Origin: Treponema sp. | Lineage (GTDB): Bacteria > Spirochaetota > Spirochaetia > Treponematales > Breznakiellaceae | DNA length: 32,271 nucleotides | Direction: 5' to 3' | Assembly (NCBI GenBank): GCA_031254795.1 | Contig: JAIRTS010000148.1 | Location: forward strand, 1 to 32,271 | Shown here: positions 1 through 7,830 of the stretch, in pieces | Numbering within the stretch: position 1 is the first letter of the stretch | Layout of the letters: every line of letters starts with the position of its first letter | The notes under the pieces: model-generated | Databases searched by the model: none | Told to the model about the DNA's origin: nothing | The model's input: the letters and a program-made list of their open reading frames with translations, nothing else | Program-made: the position numbers and the translations under genes

Positions 1-381
1 GAGGAAGTCGCCCGCCTGAAAAACAAGGAAGACCGCATCATAAAACTGGTAACAGTCGAAGAAATTATCCCCATAGCCACAAAGCCCGCAATAGGCGTTC
101 ATATCAACGAATTGTCAAAGGACGAAAAGGGAAGCCGGAAAATCGAACTGGTCGCTACAGGACAAAGCGCCGCCGGCATTGAGTTTTATAGCTGGGATTT
201 TGCCTACAACAAAGAAAAAGGCTTTAGGCCGTCAATCATTATCGACAAGGAAGGAAAACAAACCCAGGTATTCAAAACAGGTCTACACGCCATAGCCGTA
301 AAAGTCGTTGACAATGACGGCCTGGAAAACCTGGAAATAGTTACGTTAAAAATAAACGGCGCGGTGGAACAGGTGAAATAA
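1..381 (+). CDS. 3' end of a larger CDS that is open to the window edge. It has a C-terminal PKD/Ig-like beta-sandwich domain, possibly the tail of an N6/N4 DNA methyltransferase-type protein.
   Basis: Frame 1 has no stop from nt 1 to the TAA at 379-381, so the tracked TTG at 112 is probably internal. The tail ...GIEFYSWDFAYNKEKGF...GLHAIAVKVVDNDGLENLEIVTLKING has a PKD-like pattern (WDF..., VxVxDxxG). The methyltransferase link is from my memory of similar C-termini and cannot be verified here. Confidence 0.55.
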   Translation, partial: EEVARLKNKEDRIIKLVTVEEIIPIATKPAIGVHINELSKDEKGSRKIELVATGQSAAGIEFYSWDFAYNKEKGFRPSIIIDKEGKQTQVFKTGLHAIAVKVVDNDGLENLEIVTLKINGAVEQVK

Positions 382-399
382 GCCTCCCCGCCGCAAAGC

Positions 400-662
400 G
401 CATAACAAAGTTGCTTGCGCTTCGGGGTTAAAGCCACTCGTCCTCCGCAACGGATATCATTCCACGCCCCCAGTCTATCTGGTCCAGCTATGCTGAGGGA
501 ACGCTCCATTCCCGTGCCGTTGCTGCGGCGCATTTTGCCAGCCCTGATCGCGTTTCTGCGGAACGACGCCGGAGTGGCGCCGCCGCGAAGTCTTGGGTTG
601 ACGCCGGGCTTTAGTCCGCGCCGCCGTCTCCTTGAAGAGTCGCGACAGATGGAAGGTTATGC
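400..662 (+). repeat. GC-rich non-coding block bounded by the perfect inverted heptamers GCATAAC (400-406) and GTTATGC (656-662). The ends look like attC ends, but the block is too long for a single canonical attC.
   Basis: The heptamers approximate the integron R'' (RYYYAAC) and R' (GTTRRRY) boxes. The switch from GC-rich to AT-rich sequence falls exactly at 662. Internal features are a GGGAA/TTCCC hairpin and the imperfect tandem units GACGCCGG...GCGCCGCCG x2. The overlapping ORF 415-726 has no RBS and a low-complexity R/P-rich product. Confidence 0.25.
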
Positions 663-752
663 GAAATGGGACTTAAATTTTCTTGAAAAATATTTTGTAA
701 ACACTATTGACGAAAAGAAATATTAAAATCATGCTTATGAAAGGAGATATCC

Positions 753-1277
753 ATGCGTGAAATAGTTAAATTGGCGAATATGGTTAATATTCAATATACC
801 ATAAATGCGCCATTAAGTACAGAAAAAGCATTTGATTTCTTTATAAATAATAAACTATCAAAATATTACCGGAATATATCAAACGGCCATAAATATTTTA
901 CACTGCGGCAGGGCGAAAAAATGAGAGTCTGCTCTTTGATTGATTGTGAGGAAATAGCCGGCAATCAAAAAATAAAACATGAATATTATGTTTCAGAAAT
1001 TATAAATAATGAAAGGATACATTATTATTCAAAACCATCAATAGTTGAAATAGAACTTCCATGGAAAACAATTTGCAGCAAAAGTAATTCATATGTATAT
1101 TATGACTTTGAAAAAGATTCAAATCTTCATACAAACATACGTCTTACAATAGGGATACAATTTTTCGGCAAAGGCGAGAAAATATTTTCAACCTTAGTTG
1201 GAGGTTTGGAACCGTGGAAAAAACATTACATAGAAGAAATGAATGGATTAAAAAATGTTTTGATGGATTATAACTGA
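753..1277 (+). CDS. Hypothetical 174-aa protein on an AT-rich islet. It may have an SRPBCC (START/Bet v 1-like) fold.
   Basis: ATG is preceded by AAAGGAG at a 7-nt spacing. Sampled lines are very AT-rich (841-900 has 12/60 G+C; 1021-1080 has 17/60) against 41/60 for flanking line 541-600. The N-terminal YTINAPLSTEKAFDFF resembles the I-x-AP-x-E-x-V-F/W-D motif of SRPBCC proteins, and there is a long C-terminal helix. The fold assignment is tentative. Confidence 0.7.
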   Translation: MREIVKLANMVNIQYTINAPLSTEKAFDFFINNKLSKYYRNISNGHKYFTLRQGEKMRVCSLIDCEEIAGNQKIKHEYYVSEIINNERIHYYSKPSIVEIELPWKTICSKSNSYVYYDFEKDSNLHTNIRLTIGIQFFGKGEKIFSTLVGGLEPWKKHYIEEMNGLKNVLMDYN

Positions 1278-1303
1278 AAATATTGTAAAATGCGCCCAAC
1301 TTC

Positions 1304-1437
1304 GCGTAACGGGGCTGTGGACGCTACGCTTCGCCGCTTGCGGTGGGTGGCTTGGGGCTACAAAAAAACGTAGTCGGGCTGCGCCCTTTGTGCGGTTTTT
1401 CTCCGCCAAACCGCCGTAAATAGCCAAAATGTTATGT
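1304..1437 (+). repeat. attC-like imperfect palindromic element of 134 bp that follows the AT-rich ORF.
   Basis: GCGTAAC (1304-1310) and GTTATGT (1431-1437) are complementary apart from G-T pairs. A perfect RYYYAAC (GCCCAAC) lies at 1294-1300. Imperfect dyad arms lie between them: GGCT/AGCC, GCGGT/ACCGC, TGGC/GCCA and a central CTAC-A7-CGTAG. The block is GC-rich and is bounded by AT-rich sequence on both sides. Confidence 0.35.
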
Positions 1438-1555
1438 GACGTTTAAGAATAGCTCTAACAGAGATTATGTATCCAAGGAAGTTTTGGAGAGGCTGGAGGG
1501 TATGGTTGACTGCCGGCAACTTATATAGATGTGTAAAGAGATGGATTGTTGAAGT

Positions 1556-2506
1556 ATGGACGCTTTGAAAGAAACCATACGCGCTATGGCGTTGGATGCC
1601 GGATTTAGCCGCGTTCGTATTCTTGCTCCTTTTATACTTTCTGAAAATGCGGTCGGTCTGAAAGACCCCAGCGTTCTCAAAGAGCGCTGGGGAGAAGGCT
1701 CGCCATCGTTGTTAGTGGCGGCTTTGTCATACGGAAACGAGGATTCGGCGGCTGAATGTTCGCCCGCTGAAAAAGAAATTGAGGAAAGTTGCCGCGCATA
1801 TATTGCTCCTTTTGCGCGACGCAACTATTACAAAGAAGCGGTCAAACGGTTGCAGAAGCTCTCGCAAACATTCAGGCGCTTGTTCAGCGGCAGTCATGCC
1901 AGCGGCATGAATTCAAGCGGCGTTTATGCGGACCGCCGCTCCAGTTATCGCATTTTTTGCAACTCGCCAATACCGGAAAAGCCATTGGCTCTTGCCTGCG
2001 GGCTTGGCGTCCAGGGGCGCAACAGCCTCGTTATAACGCCGGAAACGGGATCGCTTGTCATCATCGCCGCCATGACCCTCCCCTTCCCGCTTGAAAGCGA
2101 CGCGCCTGAATCAAACCGCTCCGCGTGTGAGACATGCGGATTCTGCGTGGAAGCCTGCCCTACACAGGCAATCCGGCGCGAAGGCGGCATTGAGCGGAAC
2201 AAGTGCATCCAGTGGTACGCGTCGGGAAACGAGGCGTCTGTCCCCCGGCGCGTCGCCGAGAAATGGGGGCGAAGGCTCTACGGCTGCACGATGTGTCAGG
2301 AGGTCTGTCCCCACAACAAGAAGCCAATCAAGGGGGCGGAGACCAGCGAGGGAATCTTGCCCGCGTACATGGACGCGCGAGCGATCCTTGTCATGAGTGA
2401 CGAAGAGATACAGGCGTTTTTCAAGGGAACCGCTATGGGGCTTTCGTGGCTCAAGCCGGAGCATATCAGGCGGAACGCGGAACTCGCGCTGGCTTGCGGG
2501 CGCTGA
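1556..2506 (+). CDS. queG: Epoxyqueuosine reductase (tRNA queuosine biosynthesis)
   Basis: 316 aa with two ferredoxin-type clusters (CETCGFCVEACP and CTMCQEVCPHN). The QueG-like N-terminus is MDALKETIRAMALDAGFSRVRIL, and the C-terminal HEAT-like tail reads ...LSWLKPEHIRRNAELALA. Confidence 0.88.
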   Translation: MDALKETIRAMALDAGFSRVRILAPFILSENAVGLKDPSVLKERWGEGSPSLLVAALSYGNEDSAAECSPAEKEIEESCRAYIAPFARRNYYKEAVKRLQKLSQTFRRLFSGSHASGMNSSGVYADRRSSYRIFCNSPIPEKPLALACGLGVQGRNSLVITPETGSLVIIAAMTLPFPLESDAPESNRSACETCGFCVEACPTQAIRREGGIERNKCIQWYASGNEASVPRRVAEKWGRRLYGCTMCQEVCPHNKKPIKGAETSEGILPAYMDARAILVMSDEEIQAFFKGTAMGLSWLKPEHIRRNAELALACGR

Positions 2507-2513
2507 ACGGTTC

Positions 2514-5500
2514 TCAGAATAAATCTTTTTGAACTGGCGCGCCCGGCGAGTCTGGCGAATCCCCCCTATCACGGCGCTTGCGTGGGCGCTCCTGCGCAAG
2601 TGGAACAAGCGGTTCCAGAACACTGAAGAAGCGGCTTGGTTCGTTTTTCATAACGCGGTTTTGAAAAAAACGTTTTTTGGCCCATGAAAGGTACAAACCA
2701 TGTTTCGCCCGTGTCATGGCGACATAAAGCAACCGCCGTTCTTCCTCAATATGGCTGTCCCGCGTGTCTCCGTAGAGCGTGAACGGGAGGAGTCCGTCCT
2801 CCAGAGCCGGGATAAAGACGTGTTCCGCCTCAAGCCCCTTGGAAGCGTGCATTGTCATAAGACGGACGCCGTGGACGGTTATGCCGAGCGTATCATCCTG
2901 TTCCTTGATAAGCCTAAAGGGGATGCCGTGATCCGCAAGCGCCGTGGCGATAGGATCCGCGAGGATCGCCATACGGACAAGCACAACGCAGTCTTCCATA
3001 GCAACGCCGCCAGTGTTTCCTTCCGCCGTACCGCTGTCAAGCGCAAAAAAGCTGGTTCCTCCGATAAGCGCCGCTATTTTACGAGCGATAGCCTCAGCCT
3101 CAGCCTTTTCGCTGGCGTAATGGCTTCGGAAGAGCGCGGCGTCTCCCGCAATTGCGCTGTGGACATCGGCGTCTACGAGCCGTCCAGCCGCAGTCATGAT
3201 GGGCGCGGCGCAACGAAAACTGCGGGTCAGATGGAATATTCTGGCTTCGGGATAGTCAGTCTTGAAACTAGCGATGAACCGTTTGTCCGCGCCGCGAAAG
3301 GCGTAGATCGCCTGATTGGGATCGCCTATGACCCAGAGCGACGTTGTTTTCGAGGTTAAAAGCCGGATAAGAGCGTATTGGGCGAAGTTGATGTCCTGGT
3401 ATTCATCAACAAAGATGAAACGGAAGCGTTTTCTGTAATGGGAAAGGACACGCGGATGTTCCGCAAGCAACCGTACGGTTTCGGTCACGAGATCGTCAAA
3501 GTCATACGCGCCTTCTTTGCGAAGCCGATCCTGATACGCGCCGTAAAGCAGGTCTTTTTCCGCGTTGAATTCGGCGCCGGCGCCGTCAAACGCCCAATGG
3601 CGGACGATGGTTTCCGCGCCGCCTGACTCACCTGCAAGCAAGAACGGCGTTTTTTCATGGGGGAGCATGAGCAGCCGCTTTCTCCCGTCAATGTAATCCC
3701 CCAAACTGCGCTCCTTGAGCGCTCGCTCCCTGCCCGCGTCTTGACAGATTTCCCGCAACAGTCGGTCCCGCTCATCGCTGTCTAAGATTCTAAAATTGTT
3801 GAAAAGAGCGGTTTGCGTTTGTTCTTTTAGTATTGAGGCGCAAAGCGCATGAAATGTCGCGGCGACGATGGCGATGTCCCCGGACGCCGCGACGGTTTTG
3901 GCGATGCGTTCCCGCAACTCCCCGGCGGCTTTTACGGTGAATGTTATGGCAAGAATGGAAGCGCCCCCCACGCCGTTTTGTACGAGATGGGCGATGCGGG
4001 CGGATAAAGTCGCGGTTTTTCCGGTACCGGGTCCGGCGATGACCAACGCGCGGGTTCCCGTGTACAAAACAGCCTCTTTCTGTTCGGCGTCAGGGGAAAA
4101 AGGCCGATTGGCTTCCGGCGTCCGGGCGTCAACCGGCTGGGGCAAAATTTTCGCCGCTCTCGCCGGTTTCTGTGAAAAGGACGGAGCAGGTGGATTCGCG
4201 GCTTCTTCTCCAAAAAGCGTTCCGTCACGCGCCCTTTTGCGCGGATCCTCGTTTCGGGGATCGAAAACCCGGATAACTCCGTATTCGCCGTCATAACCGG
4301 CTTGTATAAACACCTCTCCCGCCCTCATTCTTGCTATGGCTTGAGCCAATAGTTCCCCGGAAACGAATGGGATGATCTGCGCCTCAATTTTGTCTATGGG
4401 CATGTCCATCAATATGTCGATTTCTCGGCCCGCCTTTTCAATGAGCGCGGCATAGGAGACCTCAACCTTTTTCGAGGCGCATCCGGTATTGAGCGCTTCG
4501 CCGAGCAATTCCCGCAACGGAATGAGGGACACGTATGGACGTTTGTTCGTACCGCGCCAAGAAGGAGGGCAAACGCCCCATTCGTCAACCGGACGGTTGG
4601 CAAGTTCCAACACCCTGCTTATCACGCCACCCGTAAGCGGTTTCCCGCACTGCGGGCAGAGACGATCCGGCACCGCGTCTTCCGGCGCCACGCTGACGCC
4701 ACATTTCCGATGTCCGGCGTAGTGGTATTTGCCTTCCTGCGGATAAAACTCAATGGTGCCGGCGACATCTTCTTTTTTTTGCCCTTCCGTCTCAAGGCGC
4801 AACGCCCTTGACAGGGAGGAATATGAAGGTTCCATCTCAAAAATCGTCGCTTCCCGCCCCAGTTTGTCCGGCGAATGGGCGTCAGAATTGGAGATAATGG
4901 AAAACTGGTCGAGGCTCGAAAGCGCCCAATTCATCGGCGGGTTGGAGGAAAGCCCGGTCTCAATGGCCGGAATGTACGGGGTGAGATCGCCGTAACACTC
5001 GTCTATGGAATCAAAGCCGGATTTCGCGCCCAACGCGGAAAACCACGGCGTCCAGATATGCGCTGGAATCAGCAGCGAACGATCATCGGCGTCAAGCAGC
5101 AGGCGCAGCAAATCCCGGGAATCTACGCCCAAAATAGGGCGTCCGTCCGAACGTATATTGCCCACCCGATCAAGCAGGTTTTGAAACGTTTCCGCCGCCT
5201 TAATATTCGGCAGTATGACGAGATGGTGGACTTTTCGCGTTTTATCGCCTTTCTTGTAAATAGTGCTGATTTCACCGGTCAAGACAAAACGGCAACCGGG
5301 ATCATTGCTTGCGCGGAAAGGTTTCGGCAATCGCGCCGCCAGAGCCTCTGTCGCGTCAAAATTGTTCCGTAAGCTGTCTTTAAGCCTGTAAAAACCCGGA
5401 TCCGCTTCTTCAAGCTGTTCTTTCAACTCCGCAAGCCACATGGGGTGCGTACAGTCTCCGGTTCCCACCAAATCTATGCCTTTGACGGCAGCCCAGCGGT

Positions 5501-5579
5501 CAAGATATGCGGGCGTCAGCTTCTTGCTCGTGGCGCGGGAAAAGCGCGAGTGTATGTGTAAGTCGGCGACAATGCGCAT
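2514..5579 (-). CDS. Fusion protein with an N-terminal endonuclease Q-like PHP nuclease and a C-terminal UvrD/PcrA-type SF1 helicase.
   Basis: 1021 aa. The N-terminal ~440 aa are collinear with EndoQ: MRIVADLHIHSRFSRATS, VGTGD, VHHLVI, SNSDAHSP, the zinc knuckle GKYHYAGHRKC...CPQCGKPLTGGV, and GYDGEYGVIRVF. The C-terminus carries the helicase motifs AGPGTGKT (I), FVDEYQD (II), GDPNQAIYAFRGA (III), SFRC (IV), MTMHASKGLE (V) and LLYVAMTRAK (VI). Confidence 0.9.
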   Translation of the reverse strand: MRIVADLHIHSRFSRATSKKLTPAYLDRWAAVKGIDLVGTGDCTHPMWLAELKEQLEEADPGFYRLKDSLRNNFDATEALAARLPKPFRASNDPGCRFVLTGEISTIYKKGDKTRKVHHLVILPNIKAAETFQNLLDRVGNIRSDGRPILGVDSRDLLRLLLDADDRSLLIPAHIWTPWFSALGAKSGFDSIDECYGDLTPYIPAIETGLSSNPPMNWALSSLDQFSIISNSDAHSPDKLGREATIFEMEPSYSSLSRALRLETEGQKKEDVAGTIEFYPQEGKYHYAGHRKCGVSVAPEDAVPDRLCPQCGKPLTGGVISRVLELANRPVDEWGVCPPSWRGTNKRPYVSLIPLRELLGEALNTGCASKKVEVSYAALIEKAGREIDILMDMPIDKIEAQIIPFVSGELLAQAIARMRAGEVFIQAGYDGEYGVIRVFDPRNEDPRKRARDGTLFGEEAANPPAPSFSQKPARAAKILPQPVDARTPEANRPFSPDAEQKEAVLYTGTRALVIAGPGTGKTATLSARIAHLVQNGVGGASILAITFTVKAAGELRERIAKTVAASGDIAIVAATFHALCASILKEQTQTALFNNFRILDSDERDRLLREICQDAGRERALKERSLGDYIDGRKRLLMLPHEKTPFLLAGESGGAETIVRHWAFDGAGAEFNAEKDLLYGAYQDRLRKEGAYDFDDLVTETVRLLAEHPRVLSHYRKRFRFIFVDEYQDINFAQYALIRLLTSKTTSLWVIGDPNQAIYAFRGADKRFIASFKTDYPEARIFHLTRSFRCAAPIMTAAGRLVDADVHSAIAGDAALFRSHYASEKAEAEAIARKIAALIGGTSFFALDSGTAEGNTGGVAMEDCVVLVRMAILADPIATALADHGIPFRLIKEQDDTLGITVHGVRLMTMHASKGLEAEHVFIPALEDGLLPFTLYGDTRDSHIEEERRLLYVAMTRAKHGLYLSWAKKRFFQNRVMKNEPSRFFSVLEPLVPLAQERPRKRRDRGDSPDSPGAPVQKDLF

Positions 5580-5678
5580 GACTCTATGATAAACGATATT
5601 GAACTTTCAGACAAGGGATATTCCTCTCACAATTCATTCGTAAACTGAAATTTTAGGAAATACTCCGCTATAAGCCTC

Positions 5679-5707
5679 TGTACAAAACAAAAATCTTATG
5701 CTATAAT
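5679..5707 (+). promoter_or_regulatory. Candidate sigma70-type promoter with an extended -10 element and no obvious downstream gene.
   Basis: TGTACA (5679-5684), a 17-nt spacer, then TGcTATAAT (TATAAT at 5702-5707). The next annotated + strand gene (deoR-like) starts about 300 nt downstream. Confidence 0.3.
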
Positions 5708-6005
5708 ACTATCTAATGATTATTTAATCTTGCGACAGCGCATCATGAAGTCTTCTTTCGAATTTTTGTTCGGAAGCCGGCCATCGCCGCAAGCTCGTTT
5801 GAAATGGAGATACGGACTTTCGATTTGAATCGCTGGTTTCTGAAAAAATTTGGCGCCCCATTATAGAATAACGGGGCGATTCACTCTTTTTAAATGAGAT
5901 TGAAGATAAAGAATTTGACTTTTGGATAATTTATTAGCATTTTAGTAACAATAATCATAACGAGGACAACTTGAATGTCTTCTTACCATTACAGGAGGTT
6001 CTACC

Positions 6006-6770
6006 ATGAACAACAGACAAAGTAAAATTTTAGAAGCGATTGCGAAACAGCAACGTATCGAAGTCACAGACCTTGCAAAAAGAATGGACGTTTCTCCGGT
6101 AACGATCCGCAAAGATCTGGATCAACTTGAGCAACGCGGGCTTATCCGCCGTGAACACGGATTCGCCTACATCGAAACCGGCGCTAATGACGGAACGGAG
6201 CTAGTCTACAATTACGAAATAAAACGCCGCATAGCGCAAGCGGCGGCGGCCAGTGTTGAAGAAAACGAAACCGTTATGATAGGTTGCGGGTCATGTTGTG
6301 TTATTCTTGCTGAGGAGCTTGCTCATACGAAAAAGGATGTCACAATTATTACCAATTCGGTATTCATCGCGAATTATATCAACAAGGCGCCGCATGGCAA
6401 CATTATTCTGCTCGGCGGTTATTATCAGCGTAATTCGCAAGTGCTTGTGGGGCCAATAGCCCAGGAAAACGCGCAGATGTTCTCGCCGAACAAGTTTTTT
6501 ATCAGCGCAAGCGGTTTTTCCGAGGCGTTCGGCTTTACAGGAGATGATTACCTCAGAGCGCAAACCATTCAAGAATTGGCAAAACAAGCGCGGCAGGTTG
6601 TGTTGCTCTTTGATTCCGACAGATTCTCCAGCAACGGCGTAGTGAAAATGGCTTCGGTTGAAAGCGTCAACGTCATGTACACCGACGACCGCATCCCGCC
6701 TGAAAAAGAGGCGTATTTGCTCCAAAACAATGTTCAGGTGCATAAGGTGCCGTCGCCGAAAGCTACATAA
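6006..6770 (+). CDS. DeoR/GlpR-family transcriptional repressor
   Basis: 254 aa. The N-terminal winged HTH reads ILEAIAKQQRIEVTDLAKRMDVSPVTIRKDLDQLEQRGLIRREHG, followed by a C-terminal DeoR sugar-phosphate sensor domain. The RBS is ACAGGAGG. Confidence 0.9.
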   Translation: MNNRQSKILEAIAKQQRIEVTDLAKRMDVSPVTIRKDLDQLEQRGLIRREHGFAYIETGANDGTELVYNYEIKRRIAQAAAASVEENETVMIGCGSCCVILAEELAHTKKDVTIITNSVFIANYINKAPHGNIILLGGYYQRNSQVLVGPIAQENAQMFSPNKFFISASGFSEAFGFTGDDYLRAQTIQELAKQARQVVLLFDSDRFSSNGVVKMASVESVNVMYTDDRIPPEKEAYLLQNNVQVHKVPSPKAT

Positions 6771-6817
6771 CCGAGCGGCGCGGAACGCTGGAGCCGGTGA
6801 CGGCGCCGGCGTTTGTC

Positions 6818-6842
6818 AAGGCGTCCCCAAAAGGGGCGCCTT
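6818..6842. terminator. GC-rich hairpin between the convergent deoR-like and parB genes, possibly a bidirectional terminator.
   Basis: AAGGCG(T)CCCC-AAAA-GGGGCGCCTT forms a 10-bp stem with one bulge. Neither strand has a clear U-tract, so terminator function is uncertain. Confidence 0.3.
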
Positions 6843-6936
6843 CTAGGGCGCGTCTTCTAACGCCGGGCGGTTTATTCACAAGCGGCGGTTAGAGGCGGCG
6901 CCGACAACTAAAAATCCAAGCGTTTTTTGAAAAGCC

Positions 6937-7830
6937 TCATGTCACAATCAACTCGTAAAGCCTATCCAAGTCTTCCATAGAATAGTATTCAATGCGAATG
7001 ACACCTTTGCCAAAGTCTCCATCAACGCTCACCTTGGCGCCGAGTTTTTCTATCATTTCTTCTTCAAGGGCAACCAAGTGCGGATCGCGCTGTTTAGAGG
7101 GTTGCCGCAGAGGTGACGCGGCGGCGGGTTTTTCTGTCCGCGCCGCGATCTTTTCGGCTTCACGCACGGAAAGCCCGCAGGCAACGATTTCGTTGAACAC
7201 CCGCTCTTGAGTCGCGGCGTCAGAAATGGCGAGCAACGCCCTCGCGTGACCGCTCGTAATCTCGCCTTTTTCGAGGCTCCGCTGTATCATGGGCGGCAGG
7301 CGGAGGAGGCGCAGGGCGTTGGCGACTGTGGAACGGCTTTTTCCAACCTTGGCGGCTATTTCATCCTGGCTCTTGCCGGTAATGTTCATCAGGCTTTTGT
7401 AGGCCACGGCTTCCTCAATCGGGGTTAGGTCCGCGCGTTGCACGTTTTCGATAAGGGCGACCTCAAGCCGTTTTTCTTCGGAATAGTTGCGGATAATGGC
7501 GGGGATTTCCTTCAGTCCGGCGATGGCCGCGGCGCGGAACCGGCGCTCGCCCGCGATGATGATGTAGCCGTCGCCACCTTCTTCAACAAGGACAGGCTGA
7601 ATGACGCCGTGTTCTTTAATGGAAGCCGCGATCTCGTTGAGCGCGGCTTCATCAAAGAATTTACGCGGCTGATTCGGATTTGGGCGGATTTTTGTCAGAG
7701 GCAGAGAAATCACCACGTCTTCACCGTGTTCGGTTACAGCTCGTCCGCTTTGCATGCCGTCATTTTCGTCATCGGCTGGAAGCAGAGCGTCCAACCCCTT
7801 GCCTAAACCGAATTTGGACGTTTTAGCCAC
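6937..7830 (-). CDS. parB: Chromosome partitioning protein ParB/Spo0J
   Basis: 297 aa with the ParB box motifs PNPNQPRKFFDE and IIAGERRFRAA and an HTH (SQDEIAAKVGKSRSTVANALRLL). It overlaps parA by 8 nt. Confidence 0.95.
   Translation of the reverse strand: MAKTSKFGLGKGLDALLPADDENDGMQSGRAVTEHGEDVVISLPLTKIRPNPNQPRKFFDEAALNEIAASIKEHGVIQPVLVEEGGDGYIIIAGERRFRAAAIAGLKEIPAIIRNYSEEKRLEVALIENVQRADLTPIEEAVAYKSLMNITGKSQDEIAAKVGKSRSTVANALRLLRLPPMIQRSLEKGEITSGHARALLAISDAATQERVFNEIVACGLSVREAEKIAARTEKPAAASPLRQPSKQRDPHLVALEEEMIEKLGAKVSVDGDFGKGVIRIEYYSMEDLDRLYELIVT

Noticed and set aside
415-726. A 103-aa ORF in the GC-rich block between the first CDS and the AT-rich ORF. The antisense ORF 204-533 covers the same region.
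   Set aside because: It has no RBS and an R/P/L-rich low-complexity product with no recognisable motif. It spans a sharp GC-to-AT composition break and is better explained as a structured non-coding (attC-like) block.
2111-5372. Several long ORFs antisense to or overlapping queG and the EndoQ-UvrD gene: 2111-2623, 2700-3359, 3868-4296 and 4875-5372.
   Set aside because: They are shadow ORFs typical of GC-rich coding regions. Their R/A/G/P-rich products have no motifs, and the opposite-strand genes carry unambiguous conserved motifs along their whole length.
5745-5825. A 26-codon ORF (MKSSFEFLFGSRPSPQARLKWRYGLSI), and a possible gene remnant on the opposite strand.
   Set aside because: It has no RBS and no recognisable motif in any frame. 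It is kept only as part of the candidate small-transcript finding.
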